DNA of 64,000 nt from an uncultured Pelagibacteraceae bacterium (lineage in GTDB: Bacteria > Pseudomonadota > Alphaproteobacteria > Pelagibacterales > Pelagibacteraceae): the NCBI GenBank assembly GCA_902532645.1, contig CACAIU010000001.1, positions 1,989 to 65,988 of the forward strand, in the 5' to 3' direction. This document shows positions 46,586 through 57,642 of the stretch, one piece after another (positions within the stretch are counted from its first letter, which is position 1; every line of letters starts with the position of its first letter). The translations under genes were made by a program, and so were the position numbers. Under the pieces are notes generated by a model. That model searched no databases and was not told where the DNA came from. It was given only the letters and a program-made list of their open reading frames with translations.

Positions 46586-47613
46586 TGGAAGTCGAAAATG
46601 TTAATGTAAAAAATTGGAAGTCATTAATTAAGCCATCTAAATTAGATGTTCAAATAAGTGATGACTTAACTCACGCAAAAATTATAGCTGAGCCTTTAGA
46701 AAAAGGTTATGGATTAACTTTAGGAAATTCTCTAAGAAGAATTTTATTATCATCTATAAGAGGAGCTGCTGTAACATCGATCCAAATTGATGGAGTTTTA
46801 CATGAATTCACTTCAATAAAAGGCGTTAGAGAAGATGTTACTGACATCGTTTTAAACGTGAAATCTTTAGCATTAAAAAGTAACTCTGAGGGCACAAAAA
46901 AATTAATTTTAGACGCAAAAGGACCAGGAGAAATTAAAGCTTCAGATATAGCTCCAGTTACAGATGTTGAGATTTTAAATCCTGATTTAGTTATTTGTAA
47001 CCTAGACGAAAATACTACTTTTCATATGGAGATGAATGTTAACACAGGTAAAGGATATGTTCCTGCAGAGCTAAACAAACCTGAAGAGCCACCATTAGGC
47101 CTTATTGCTATTGACTCACTTTATAGCCCAGTTAAAAAAGTTTCATATTCAGTAAGTACTGCTAGGGAAGGTAAAGCATTAGATTATGATAAGTTAATTA
47201 TGGAAGTTGAAACTAATGGATCAATTTCTGCTGAAGATGCTGTAGCTTATTCAGCTAGAATTTTCCAAGATCAACTTAAAATGTTTATAAACTTTGATGA
47301 ACCAGTTGAAGCTCCGGTAAAAGAAGTTTCTACAGAACCTGAATTTAACAAAAATTTACTAAGAAAAGTGGATGAGTTAGAGTTGTCAGTTAGATCAATG
47401 AACTGCTTAAAAAATGACAATATTATTTATATCGGTGACCTGGTTCAAAAATCTGAAGGTGAAATGTTGAGAACACCTAATTTTGGAAGAAAATCATTAA
47501 ATGAAATTAAAGAAGTTTTAACAGGTATGTCTTTATATTTAGGAATGGAAATACCTAATTGGCCACCAGACAATATTGCAGAAATGTCTAAGAAATTGGA
47601 GGAAGCAATTTAA
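46585..47613 (+). CDS. rpoA: RNA polymerase alpha subunit
   Basis: [35 protein letters not shown]. Confidence 0.99.
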   Translation: MEVENVNVKNWKSLIKPSKLDVQISDDLTHAKIIAEPLEKGYGLTLGNSLRRILLSSIRGAAVTSIQIDGVLHEFTSIKGVREDVTDIVLNVKSLALKSNSEGTKKLILDAKGPGEIKASDIAPVTDVEILNPDLVICNLDENTTFHMEMNVNTGKGYVPAELNKPEEPPLGLIAIDSLYSPVKKVSYSVSTAREGKALDYDKLIMEVETNGSISAEDAVAYSARIFQDQLKMFINFDEPVEAPVKEVSTEPEFNKNLLRKVDELELSVRSMNCLKNDNIIYIGDLVQKSEGEMLRTPNFGRKSLNEIKEVLTGMSLYLGMEIPNWPPDNIAEMSKKLEEAI

Positions 47614-48056
47614 TGAGACATGGTTTGGCAAATAAGAGGTTAAATAGAACATCAGAGCACAGAAAAGCTCTACTTAAGAATATGCTTAATTCTCTGATTA
47701 AGTATGAGCAGATTAAAACTACTTTGCCAAAAGCTAAATTTCTAAAACCTCAAGCAGATAAAATAATAACATTAGGTAAAAAAGAAACCTTACAGACAAC
47801 TAAAATGTTGGTTTCCAAACTGCAAGACATTAAATCAGCTAATAAAGTTAAAAAAACACTTTCTAAAAGATATCAGAATAGAAAAGGTGGTTACACAAGA
47901 ATCGTTAAGGCTGGATTTAGATATGGAGATAATGCACCAATGGCAATAATCGAATTTGTTGATAGAGATGTAGAAGCTAAGAGAGTTGATAAGCCGAAAA
48001 AAGATACAACTAAAGAAGCTCCAAAAACAGAAGATAAAAAACAAGCTACATCTTAA
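47613..48056 (+). CDS. rplQ: 50S ribosomal protein L17
   Basis: MRHG, HRKALL, TTLPKAK, GGYTRI. Confidence 0.98.
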   Translation: MRHGLANKRLNRTSEHRKALLKNMLNSLIKYEQIKTTLPKAKFLKPQADKIITLGKKETLQTTKMLVSKLQDIKSANKVKKTLSKRYQNRKGGYTRIVKAGFRYGDNAPMAIIEFVDRDVEAKRVDKPKKDTTKEAPKTEDKKQATS

Positions 48057-48066
48057 ATCTAAAATC

Positions 48067-48984
48067 ATGAAGAAATCTTACATCGTTGATTCAACGTGTA
48101 ATGATATGCGTTTGGATAGATGGTTAAGATTAAAAATTGGTAAAATTCCACAAGGACTTATTGAAAAATATTTAAGAACAGGAAAAATAAAGTTAAATAG
48201 AAAGAAAGTTAAAAGTTTTTTTAAAGTAAAAACGAAAGATGAAATAAATATATTTAACATTGAATTTAAGGAAAAAATTCAACATAAAAAAATTAAGTTT
48301 TTACCATCAAAAGAAATTGTAAAATCAAATGAAGATCAAATTATTGATAACAACGACAATTTTGTTGTTATAAACAAAGCATCAGGCATATCAGTGCAAG
48401 GTGGGACCAAATCAAAAAAAAATCTAGTTGATATTTTTGCTAAAAGTGAAATTTTTGAGGGAACTAAACCATATTCTGTTCATAGATTGGATAAAGATAC
48501 TTCTGGAGTTTTTATTATGGCTAAAAATAGAGAAAGCGCTCAATTGCTTACTTCTTTATTTAGACTAAGAAAAGTGCACAAAACTTATTTAGCTATCTGC
48601 CAAGGCGAAATTAATAAAAAAGCTGGCGTATGGGATGATGATTTAATTAGGTACGATAATGATAAAAAAATAATTGAAAAAGCAAAAACAATTTTCACAG
48701 TTATTGATAAAAATTCTGAAGCAAGTTTATTAGAATTAAAACCTATTACAGGACGAAAACATCAATTAAGAAAACAATTATATGCAATTGGAAATCCTAT
48801 ATTTGGTGATACAAAATATAAATTATCAAATTCTAATAAAGGAGTTAACAAAAATTTAATGTTACATTCATATCAAATAAAATTTAAAATTAATGACATA
48901 AAACATACTTATTCAGCATTGATGCCTGATTATTTTAAAAAACTTTTAAAATCTAAAAGACTTAGATTTTCAAATTTGAAATAA
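48067..48984 (+). CDS. RluA-family 23S rRNA pseudouridine synthase with S4 domain (RluC-like)
   Basis: RLDRWL S4 domain, [14 protein letters not shown] catalytic motif, [11 protein letters not shown] at 48067. Confidence 0.92.
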   Translation: MKKSYIVDSTCNDMRLDRWLRLKIGKIPQGLIEKYLRTGKIKLNRKKVKSFFKVKTKDEINIFNIEFKEKIQHKKIKFLPSKEIVKSNEDQIIDNNDNFVVINKASGISVQGGTKSKKNLVDIFAKSEIFEGTKPYSVHRLDKDTSGVFIMAKNRESAQLLTSLFRLRKVHKTYLAICQGEINKKAGVWDDDLIRYDNDKKIIEKAKTIFTVIDKNSEASLLELKPITGRKHQLRKQLYAIGNPIFGDTKYKLSNSNKGVNKNLMLHSYQIKFKINDIKHTYSALMPDYFKKLLKSKRLRFSNLK

Positions 48985-49579
48985 AATTTTTAATTAATAT
49001 TTCACTTAGATTTGAGTAATCCTGATCAATGATATTTTTTAAATTGGTTACACCTTTATCAGAAATACCACATGGTATAATTTTTTTAAAATTTTCTAGA
49101 TCATTATTTATATTTATTGCAAAACCATGATAGGCAATCCATTTGCTAACTCTGATACCTATAGCAGCAATTTTTTTAACCTCATTATTATATTTATGCC
49201 ATATACCGATATTATCTTTATCTGGAAAAGTTTCTATTTTATAAAATTTTAAAGTTTGAATTATTGTTTTTTCAATAATTGTTATAAATTTTCTGATATC
49301 TTTTTTTTTCCTCAAATCTAAAACAAAATAACAAATCAATTGACCTGGTCCATGGTAAGTAATTTTACCACCTCGGTTCGTTTCTAATATTTTTATGGAT
49401 TTATCAATAATTTCATTCTCTTTATAGGAAGTTCCTGCTGTAAAAATTTCATTATGCTCCAAAGTCCAAATTAATTCTTGTTCATTTTTTTCATACAAAT
49501 CCTTTAATCTTGACTCTAGTATATTAATAGCATCAAAATAATTTACTGGTTTTATTGACTTTTTGATCTCTATGTTCAT
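48962..49579 (-). CDS. lipB: Lipoyl(octanoyl) transferase
   Basis: [37 protein letters not shown]. Confidence 0.96.
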   Translation of the reverse strand: MNIEIKKSIKPVNYFDAINILESRLKDLYEKNEQELIWTLEHNEIFTAGTSYKENEIIDKSIKILETNRGGKITYHGPGQLICYFVLDLRKKKDIRKFITIIEKTIIQTLKFYKIETFPDKDNIGIWHKYNNEVKKIAAIGIRVSKWIAYHGFAININNDLENFKKIIPCGISDKGVTNLKNIIDQDYSNLSEILIKNFISNLKI

Positions 49580-49640
49580 TTATAATTTGTATTATCTTTA
49601 TTATGTATTAATAGTGCAAATCTAAATTATAGGTAGATTT

Positions 49641-51014
49641 ATGTCTTTAACTAAAAAAACTAAAGATAAAAAAGTAAATTTTGAGTTCAATAAAGAATAT
49701 ATAAGAGTTGTTACTAGCAAAATAGCTAACAATGATGCTCAATTTATTACCAATTCATTTAATGAAATGCATCCTGCTGATGCCGCAGATATTATCGAAC
49801 ACCTTAGCGAAGGTGATAGAGAAAGTTTAATTAAACTAAATAATTTCAATATTGATCCAGAAGTTTTTGTTGAATTGAATGAGTCTATTCAATCAGAAAT
49901 TATTACCTATTTATCTTCAGAATCTATAGTAAGTATTCTAAAAGGTTTAGAGTCTGACGATGCTATATCAATATTAGAAAATGTTCCTGAGGAGGATAAA
50001 AATGCCATACTTAGTTCTTTACCCCCTAAAGATAGATTTGCACTATTAGAAAGTTTAAGCTATCCAGAGGACACTGCTGCTAGACTTATGCAGCGTGAAT
50101 TTACAGCTATACCAAGTAATTGGTCTGTAGGTCAAACAATTGACTATTTAAGAGAAAACAAAGATTTACCAGAAGAGTTTTTAGAAATTTTTATTGTCAA
50201 TGAGGATTTTAAACCAATAGGTACTGTTCCTTCATCTAGAGTTTTGACAACACCTCGAGACACTAAAATGGCAACAGTTATGTCTGAATCTCAATTATTA
50301 ATTCCTGTTGAAATGGATAAAGAGGAAGTTGCTAACTTATTTGAAAATTACAATTTGAATTCAGCGGCTGTTGTAGACAAAAACAATAAATTAGTTGGTA
50401 TGATTATGAACGATGACGTTTTAACAGTCTTGAAAGAGGAAGCTGAGGAAGATGCTTTAAGATTAGCAGGGGTAGGGGATGAAGAAATTACTGATGGAGT
50501 AGTAAAAAAAACAAAGAGAAGATTCAATTGGCTTTTACTTAATTTATTTACTGCCTTTCTAGCAACATGGTGTATTAGTTTATTTGGAGCAACAATAGAA
50601 CAAATGGTAGTATTAGCTTTCTTAATGCCTATTGTAGCTTCAATGGGTGGAAATGCTGGAATGCAAACACTTGCAGTTACAGTAAGAACTATTGCCACAA
50701 ATGATTTAACTAAAAATAACTTTTCATCAAATGTATTTAAAGAATTTTCTATTGGTATTCTAAATGGAATTATATTTGCAGCAATAAGTGCTTTTGTTGT
50801 TCAGATATGGTTTCAAGATAGTATCCTTTCATTTATTATAGCAATATCAATGGTACTAACAATGATCATAGCTGGATTATTTGGTATATTAGTTCCCTTT
50901 ACCTTAAAAAAAATGAATATTGACCCAGCGATTGCTTCAAGTGTTTTTGTGACGACGATTACAGATGTAATTGGTTTCGTTTCTTTTTTAGGTGTGGGAG
51001 CATATTTTTTATAA
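49641..51014 (+). CDS. mgtE: Magnesium transporter MgtE
   Basis: HPADAA N-domain, CBS pair, MGGNAGMQT, DPAIAS..VTTITD. Confidence 0.96.
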   Translation: MSLTKKTKDKKVNFEFNKEYIRVVTSKIANNDAQFITNSFNEMHPADAADIIEHLSEGDRESLIKLNNFNIDPEVFVELNESIQSEIITYLSSESIVSILKGLESDDAISILENVPEEDKNAILSSLPPKDRFALLESLSYPEDTAARLMQREFTAIPSNWSVGQTIDYLRENKDLPEEFLEIFIVNEDFKPIGTVPSSRVLTTPRDTKMATVMSESQLLIPVEMDKEEVANLFENYNLNSAAVVDKNNKLVGMIMNDDVLTVLKEEAEEDALRLAGVGDEEITDGVVKKTKRRFNWLLLNLFTAFLATWCISLFGATIEQMVVLAFLMPIVASMGGNAGMQTLAVTVRTIATNDLTKNNFSSNVFKEFSIGILNGIIFAAISAFVVQIWFQDSILSFIIAISMVLTMIIAGLFGILVPFTLKKMNIDPAIASSVFVTTITDVIGFVSFLGVGAYFL

Positions 51015-51016
51015 AA

Positions 51017-51832
51017 TTATAGGTTATCAATTAATCTGACATTATTTAAATAATAAGCAATAAATAATCTTGAATTTTTATTTGTATTTGAAATTTTTAA
51101 ATTTTTAATATTTCTTAGCTCTAAATAATCAATTTTAATTTTATAATTATTTTTTAATTCTTTTTTTTTAAGATTTAAAAAGCTTCTAATATTTTTCTTA
51201 TTTTTAATATATTTTTTAATACTTACTAGTTTTTCATAAATTTTTGCTGCTATAACTAAATTTGGCTTATTTAAAAGAAAGTTTCTAGATGAAAGTGCTA
51301 TATTATTCCTATCTCGAATTGTTTTACAAGGAATAATCTTAGTTTTGTATTTTTTTCCCAATTCTTTTTTTATCAAATATAGTTGTTGAAAATCTTTTTC
51401 TCCCATAAATATCTTTTTAGGCTTCACAATTTGAGTTAGTTCATTCATTACATCCAAAACGCCTTCAAAATGACCTTTTCTAAATTTGGCACACAAAATT
51501 TTATCTTTTTTTTGCAATGTAATTTTTGATTTTTTTTTATCTTTAAATATGTCTTTAAATTTAGGAAGATAAACAAAGTCAACTTTTTTGCTTTTTTTAA
51601 GAATTTTCAAATCATTCTCGATATTACGTGGATAGGATTTTAAATCTTTTTTGTTATTAAATTGTTTTGGATTAACAAAAATACTAACAATTGTTTTTTT
51701 ACAAAGTTTATTTGATTTATTTATTAGAGATAAATGGCCTTTATGTATTCCACCCATAGTAGGTACAAAACCTAGGTCATTAAATGGCCTTATTGATTTA
51801 AATAATGATGTATTGTTTAATAAAATTTTCAT
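51017..51832 (-). CDS. panC: Pantoate-beta-alanine ligase
   Basis: FVPTMGGIHKGH, SIFVNPKQF, GEKDFQQ, ALSSRN, RLIDN. Start MKILL at 51832. Confidence 0.93.
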   Translation of the reverse strand: MKILLNNTSLFKSIRPFNDLGFVPTMGGIHKGHLSLINKSNKLCKKTIVSIFVNPKQFNNKKDLKSYPRNIENDLKILKKSKKVDFVYLPKFKDIFKDKKKSKITLQKKDKILCAKFRKGHFEGVLDVMNELTQIVKPKKIFMGEKDFQQLYLIKKELGKKYKTKIIPCKTIRDRNNIALSSRNFLLNKPNLVIAAKIYEKLVSIKKYIKNKKNIRSFLNLKKKELKNNYKIKIDYLELRNIKNLKISNTNKNSRLFIAYYLNNVRLIDNL

Positions 51833-51866
51833 TTGTATAAAAATATTTAATAAGTAAAACATTTAA

Positions 51867-52682
51867 ATGATTAAACAAGCAATTATTCCTTTGGCTGGAC
51901 TTGGAACTCGGTTACTACCATTAACAAGTGTTTTTGCTAAAGAACTCCTACCCATTAATGGAAGACCTGGAATTGAATATATTCTTGATGAATGTATTGA
52001 GGCAGGTATTAAAGAGATTGTATTTATTATCTCTATTAAAAAATTAATGATTAAAAAATATTTTTATAGTGATCAGTTTTATAAAAATATTATTAAAAAA
52101 AAAAAAGATTCTAGAATAATTAATGAATATAAAAAGATACTGAAATATAAAAATAGAATTAAGTTTGTTTTTCAAAACATTCCAAAGGGTACAGGCGATG
52201 CTGTCCTTAAAACACAAAAATATATTAAAAATAAGTATTTTTTAATGTTGTTACCAGATGATTTAATAATTAAAAAAAATTGTTCTAAGTCAATGATCAA
52301 GGTTCATAAAAAATATCAAGCGTCAGTTATGGCATCGATGAAAGTAAAAAAAAACAATGTTTCAAGATGGGGAATATATAAAATTAATAAAAAATTAAAT
52401 AAAAGAAATTATGTTATAGATGGTGTTGTCGAAAAACCGTCAGTAAAAAAAGCTCCATCTAACAATGCTGTTATTGGAAGATATATATTACCACGTACAA
52501 TTTTTAAAAAAATAAAAGCTCTTAAGCCTGGTAAAGGTAAAGAGATACATATTACTGATGCAATTCAGTTATTAATAAATGATAAAGAAAAATTTGTAGC
52601 TCATAATTTTGAAGGTAAATACCTTGATTGTGGAACAATGAGCGGCTATATCAATTCCTCAAATGAAATAGGTAAGATATGA
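51867..52682 (+). CDS. galU: UTP-glucose-1-phosphate uridylyltransferase
   Basis: AIIPLAGLGTRLLP..KELLP, Q..PKGTGDA, LPDD, VEKP, GRYIL. Confidence 0.9.
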   Translation: MIKQAIIPLAGLGTRLLPLTSVFAKELLPINGRPGIEYILDECIEAGIKEIVFIISIKKLMIKKYFYSDQFYKNIIKKKKDSRIINEYKKILKYKNRIKFVFQNIPKGTGDAVLKTQKYIKNKYFLMLLPDDLIIKKNCSKSMIKVHKKYQASVMASMKVKKNNVSRWGIYKINKKLNKRNYVIDGVVEKPSVKKAPSNNAVIGRYILPRTIFKKIKALKPGKGKEIHITDAIQLLINDKEKFVAHNFEGKYLDCGTMSGYINSSNEIGKI

Positions 52683-53977
52683 AATTATGTATGATTGGTA
52701 CTGGTTATGTTGGTTTAGTCAGTGGAGTTTGTTTTTCAGATTTAGGCAATGATGTTATATGTGTAGATAAAGATGTAAATAAAATAAATAATTTAAAAAA
52801 GGGGGTCATTCCAATTTATGAACCAGGCCTAGAGGAACTAGTTTTAAAAAATATTAAAAATAGAAGATTAAATTTTTCAACAAATTTAAAAGATTCAGTT
52901 AAACAGTCAGACATTATTTTTATTTGTGTTGGAACACCTGCTAAAAAAAACAGTAATAGTGCTGATCTGAGTCAAATCTATACTGCTGGTAAAGAAATAT
53001 CTAAATCTATAAATAAATTTAAAATTATTATAACAAAGTCTACTGTGCCTTTAACAACAGGCGATGAACTTGAAAATATTATTGCAAAAAAAGTTAAAAA
53101 AAAATTATTCTCAGTTGTTTCAAATCCAGAATTTTTAAGAGAAGGTGAAGCTATAAGAGATTTTGTTTATCCCGATAGAATAGTTGTAGGCTCAAATGAT
53201 ATAAAATCTATGAAAATATTAAAAAATCTTTATTCACCACTTATTTCAAAAGGAGCAAAATTCATATCAACCAAAAGAAGAGCTGCAGAGTTAATTAAAT
53301 ACGCTGCAAATGCCTTTCTAGCAACGAAAATTACTTTTATAAATGAAATAGCAAATTTATGTGAAAAAACAGATATTGATGTTGAAGATATTTCTATAGG
53401 TATTGGACTTGATAAAAGAATTGGAAGCCGCTTCTTAAGAGCAGGACCTGCCTATGGAGGATCTTGTTTTCCTAAGGATACTAAAGCTATAGTTTCTACA
53501 GCTGACAAATTCAAAACTAACTTATCAATTGTCAAAAGTGTAATCAAATCTAATGAAATAAGATCTGATTTATTATCTAAGAGACTTAATTTTATATTGA
53601 AAAATAAGATTAAAAATAAAGTTGTATCTTTTTTAGGTGTAACTTTTAAAGCAAATACTGACGATATGAGGGACTCTTCAAGTTTAAAATTAATTCCTTT
53701 TCTTTCAAAAAAAGGTGCAAAAATAAAATATTATGATCCAACTGGTTCTAAAAAAGAATTTAAAAAATTTAAAAATGTTGAGTTTTCTAATTCGATAAAA
53801 GATGCACTCAAAGGATCTGATCTAGTAATTGTTCACACAGAGTGGAATGATTTTAAATCAATTAATTTTAAAAAATTTTCAAAAAATAACAAACTTATTA
53901 TTTATGATATGAGAAATATTTATTCACCATATAAAATCAGAAAACTTGGTCTTAAATATTTTGGTATAGGAAGATAA
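52679..53977 (+). CDS. ugd: UDP-glucose 6-dehydrogenase
   Basis: IGTGYVGL, KSTVP, SNPEFLREG, GGSCFPKD, TDDMRDS. Confidence 0.95.
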   Translation: MKLCMIGTGYVGLVSGVCFSDLGNDVICVDKDVNKINNLKKGVIPIYEPGLEELVLKNIKNRRLNFSTNLKDSVKQSDIIFICVGTPAKKNSNSADLSQIYTAGKEISKSINKFKIIITKSTVPLTTGDELENIIAKKVKKKLFSVVSNPEFLREGEAIRDFVYPDRIVVGSNDIKSMKILKNLYSPLISKGAKFISTKRRAAELIKYAANAFLATKITFINEIANLCEKTDIDVEDISIGIGLDKRIGSRFLRAGPAYGGSCFPKDTKAIVSTADKFKTNLSIVKSVIKSNEIRSDLLSKRLNFILKNKIKNKVVSFLGVTFKANTDDMRDSSSLKLIPFLSKKGAKIKYYDPTGSKKEFKKFKNVEFSNSIKDALKGSDLVIVHTEWNDFKSINFKKFSKNNKLIIYDMRNIYSPYKIRKLGLKYFGIGR

Positions 53978-53978
53978 T

Positions 53979-54440
53979 TTAGTTTAACTCAAAAATTGCA
54001 TCAATTTCAACTGCCACACCAAGTGGCAAGCTATTTGTGCTAACTGCTGCTCTAGTATGCATACCAGCATCGCCAAAAACTGAGGCAATTAAATCTGAAG
54101 CCCCATTAATTACTTTTGGTTGGTCTATAAAATTATCCGTAGAATTAACAAAACCGGTTAGCTTTATACATGTCTTAATTTTAGAGAGGTCTCCGTTACA
54201 TGCAACTTTTGCTTGAGATATGATGCTCAAGCCGCATCTTTCTGCTGCTTTATAACCTTCTTCTACAGATAAATCTCTTCCAATTTTTCCTTTTATTAAT
54301 TCACCTTTCTCAGAAATAGAAATTTGGCCAGAGATATAAAGTAAATTTCCAACTATTTTTGTTGCAACATATGATCCAACTGGAGGTTTGGCTTCCGGAA
54401 GATTAATTTTTAATTCTTTAATTTTATTTTCAAAATTCAT
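53979..54440 (-). CDS. RidA/YjgF family protein
   Basis: PVGSYV, YISGQ, NGASDL..VFG..G.H.R.AV..LPLG..VEI. Start MNFENK at 54440. Confidence 0.9.
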   Translation of the reverse strand: MNFENKIKELKINLPEAKPPVGSYVATKIVGNLLYISGQISISEKGELIKGKIGRDLSVEEGYKAAERCGLSIISQAKVACNGDLSKIKTCIKLTGFVNSTDNFIDQPKVINGASDLIASVFGDAGMHTRAAVSTNSLPLGVAVEIDAIFELN

Positions 54441-54441
54441 T

Positions 54442-57024
54442 TTATTTTTTTTTTTTCTTAGTTTTTTTACTTTTATCGTATTCTCTTCTTTTCTCAATAA
54501 GGATTAAAGCTTCCTCCATTGTAAGCTCTACTGGGTCTTTTTCCTCTGGTATGGTTGCATTAAGAGATTTATATTTAATGTATGGTCCATATTGACCCTT
54601 CATTATTTTTACTGGTTTTTTATCCTCAGGATGCTCTCCTAAGTCTTTTATAATTGAAGAAGACATTCTTCCAGGTTTTGCTTCAGCTATTAGTGTGATA
54701 GCTCTATTTAATCCTATCGAAAAAATTTCTTCGACATTTTCTATTCTAGCTGATTTATTTTCACATTTTAAATATGGTCCAAATCTGCCTGTATTTAAGG
54801 TGATATCTTTTTGATTTTCAGGATTAATACCTAATGATTTAGGAAGCGAGCATAAAAATTTAGCTTTTTCTAAATCTACACTTTCTAATTCAATTCCTTT
54901 TGGAATTGACACATTTTTTATTAGTTCATTTAATTCAGTATTCTTTTTTTTTGTTTTTTTTCTTTTTTTAGTTTCTTCTTCTTCATTATTTTCTTGAGGA
55001 ACTTTTTCATATTGAAGGTAAGGACCAAATCTTCCATTTTTTAAAAAAATATCATTTCCATTTTCATGTTTCCCAAGAAATTTTGGCTCTGCTAATTGTG
55101 ACTGAGCAGCAGCTTTAGCTTTTGATAATGGTCTTGTAAATTTACATTCTGGATAGTTTGAACATCCAATAAAAGCACCTCCTCTAAAACTATTTTTTAA
55201 ACTTAGTGAACCAGTATTACATAACTGGCATTTTCTAACTATCTTTCCTTCTGTATCGGTGTCAAATATTAATGCTCCTAAACTATCATTTAAAAGATCC
55301 AAAACTTCTCTGGTTCTTTTTTCTTTTACCTCTGAAACATTGTTATTAAAATCTTTCCAAAACAACTCTAGGACTTTTAACCAGCTTTCTTTACCTGAGG
55401 TAATATCATCTAGTTGATCTTCTAATCCCGCTGTAAAATTATAATCCACATACTTTGAAAATAGTTTTTCTAAAAACGCAGAAATTAATTTACCTCTATC
55501 AGTTGGGAAAAATCTTTTATTAACTATTTCTGCATAACCTCTATTTGCTATTGTTGAAATTATACTTGCATAAGTTGAAGGCCTTCCAATTCCTAACTCT
55601 TCTAATTTTTTAACCAAACTCGCCTCAGAGTATCGTGGGGGAGGTTGGGTAAAATGTTGTTCATCAATAAGAGCTTCTATATTAATTGGTCCTTTTGACA
55701 TCTCTGGTAAAATTTGCTCATCATCATCTTTGCTTTGATTTGAATAAACTTTTAAAAATCCATCAAATTTCAAAACCGATCCACTTGATTTACATATAGT
55801 TTTACCGTCTTCAGACTCAATCGTTATTGTATTTCTATCAAATTTTGCTGTTTCCATTTGAGACGATAGAGCTCTAGACCAAATTAAAGAATATAATTTT
55901 TGTTGGTCAGAACTTAAATACTTTTTAACAGAATCTGGATTTCTATTAATATCAGTTGGTCTTATTGCTTCATGAGCTTCCTGAGCATTTTTTGCTTTTT
56001 TTCCTGAGTAATTATTTGGATTTTCTGGCAAGTATACGTTACCATATTCTTTTTTAATAAAATTTCTAAAATCAGAGACAGCATCAGCTGATAAATTAGT
56101 CCCATCAGTTCTCATATAAGTAATTAACCCAACTGTATCTCCCTCAATTTCTATTCCTTGGTAAAGTTTTTGTGCTATTTGCATTGTTCTTGATGCACCA
56201 AAACCTAATCTACTAGAAGCAACTTGCTGAAGTGTTGAAGTAGTAAAGGGTCCTGAGGGATTTCTGCTAACAACTTTTGAGGAAATATCAGTTATATTAA
56301 ATTGTTTGGTCTTAATATTGGATATTGCTATTTCAATTTCCTCTTTATTTTTAAATGAGAATTTTTCAATCTTTTCTCCATCAAGTTGAGAGATACTTGC
56401 TGTAATTTTGCTTTTGCTTTTATCCTGAAAATTAATACTTAAAGTCCAAAACTCTTCAGGTTTGAATAATTCAATTTCATGCTCTCTTTCAGTAATCAAT
56501 TTTAGTGCAACAGATTGAACTCTACCTGCTGATTTTGAACCAGGTAATTTAGTCCAAAGTATTGGTGATATATTAAATCCCACCAAATAATCTAATGCTC
56601 TTCTGGCCATGTATGCATCAACCAATAAGGGCTCTATCTGTCTTGGATTTTCAATACCATGTGTGACGGCTTTTTTTGTTATTTCATTAAATACCACACG
56701 TTCAATTTCTTTATCCTTTAAAAGTTTTTTTTCATCTAAATATTCTTTTACATGCCATGCTATTGCTTCACCTTCACGATCTGGGTCAGTAGCAAGAATT
56801 ATTTTTGAAGAATCTTTCGCTGCATCAGTAATTTCTTTTAAATATTTTTTTGAAAAGCTGTCAACTTCCCATTCCATTTTAAAATTTTGATCAGGATCAA
56901 CAGATCCATTTTTTGAAGGAAGATCTCTAATATGACCATAGCTAGCTAAAACGGTATAGTTATCACCTAAATATTTATTAATTGTTTTCGCTTTAGCAGG
57001 GCTTTCAACTATGACTAGATTCAT
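54442..57024 (-). CDS. topA: DNA topoisomerase I
   Basis: IVESPAKAK, ATDPDREGE, SAGRVQS, ITYMRTD, one Zn ribbon, and GRFGPY C-terminal repeats. Confidence 0.98.
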   Translation of the reverse strand: MNLVIVESPAKAKTINKYLGDNYTVLASYGHIRDLPSKNGSVDPDQNFKMEWEVDSFSKKYLKEITDAAKDSSKIILATDPDREGEAIAWHVKEYLDEKKLLKDKEIERVVFNEITKKAVTHGIENPRQIEPLLVDAYMARRALDYLVGFNISPILWTKLPGSKSAGRVQSVALKLITEREHEIELFKPEEFWTLSINFQDKSKSKITASISQLDGEKIEKFSFKNKEEIEIAISNIKTKQFNITDISSKVVSRNPSGPFTTSTLQQVASSRLGFGASRTMQIAQKLYQGIEIEGDTVGLITYMRTDGTNLSADAVSDFRNFIKKEYGNVYLPENPNNYSGKKAKNAQEAHEAIRPTDINRNPDSVKKYLSSDQQKLYSLIWSRALSSQMETAKFDRNTITIESEDGKTICKSSGSVLKFDGFLKVYSNQSKDDDEQILPEMSKGPINIEALIDEQHFTQPPPRYSEASLVKKLEELGIGRPSTYASIISTIANRGYAEIVNKRFFPTDRGKLISAFLEKLFSKYVDYNFTAGLEDQLDDITSGKESWLKVLELFWKDFNNNVSEVKEKRTREVLDLLNDSLGALIFDTDTEGKIVRKCQLCNTGSLSLKNSFRGGAFIGCSNYPECKFTRPLSKAKAAAQSQLAEPKFLGKHENGNDIFLKNGRFGPYLQYEKVPQENNEEEETKKRKKTKKKNTELNELIKNVSIPKGIELESVDLEKAKFLCSLPKSLGINPENQKDITLNTGRFGPYLKCENKSARIENVEEIFSIGLNRAITLIAEAKPGRMSSSIIKDLGEHPEDKKPVKIMKGQYGPYIKYKSLNATIPEEKDPVELTMEEALILIEKRREYDKSKKTKKKKK

Positions 57025-57032
57025 AAAATAAC

Positions 57033-57060
57033 AAACTACTCAAAAGAGTTTGATAGTCAA
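57033..57060 (-). promoter_or_regulatory. Putative topA promoter
   Basis: Minus strand TTGACT-16 bp-TAGTTT, 8 nt before ATG. Confidence 0.5.
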
Positions 57061-57061
57061 A

Positions 57062-57640
57062 TTAATAAATTTTTGTCTTAGTTTCTTCTTTATTTTTCAA
57101 GCGTTTAATATTTTCTCTGTGGGTAAAAAATATTAAAATAAACATTATTACGTAAAAAAATACATTTTCCAAACCCTCCAAAATTAAAATATAAACTGGT
57201 ATACAAAGTGATCCTATTAAAGAAGCTAAAGATGAATATTTAGAAATAAAAAAAATTATTAACCAACAAATACCAAATACTAAACCAAAAATAATATTTA
57301 AAGAAAAAAGTATCCCAACATATGTAGCTACACCTTTGCCGCCTTTAAATTTTAACCACACAGGAAACACATGACCTATAAAAGCACATAAAGCTGATAT
57401 ATATACTGCTTCAGGGAAATTAATTTTTACGTATAGAACAGGTATTACTGCTTTTAATACATCAAGTATTAGCGTCGAATAACCAATTAGTTTATTTCCT
57501 GTCCTAAAAGTATTTGTTGCACCAATATTACCAGAGCCTATCTTTCTAATATCTTTTTTTAAAAAAATTTTAGTTAAAATTAAACCAAAAGGAATTGATC
57601 CCATCAGGTATGAGATTATACCTATTATAAAAAGTTCCAT
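57062..57640 (-). CDS. plsY: Glycerol-3-phosphate acyltransferase
   Basis: GSIPFG, GSGNIGATN, GHVFP..KFKGGKGVAT, HRENI.RL. Confidence 0.97.
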   Translation of the reverse strand: MELFIIGIISYLMGSIPFGLILTKIFLKKDIRKIGSGNIGATNTFRTGNKLIGYSTLILDVLKAVIPVLYVKINFPEAVYISALCAFIGHVFPVWLKFKGGKGVATYVGILFSLNIIFGLVFGICWLIIFFISKYSSLASLIGSLCIPVYILILEGLENVFFYVIMFILIFFTHRENIKRLKNKEETKTKIY

Positions 57641-57642
57641 TT

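Noticed and set aside
51867-53977. galU-ugd as the start of a hypervariable polysaccharide island
   Set aside because: Only two genes, flanked by core panC and ridA/topA, with no glycosyltransferases or boundary repeats.
54441-54497. Long T-run region and Lys-rich N-terminal extension of the RidA ORF
   Set aside because: It is the Lys-rich C-terminus of topA. RidA more plausibly starts at 54440.
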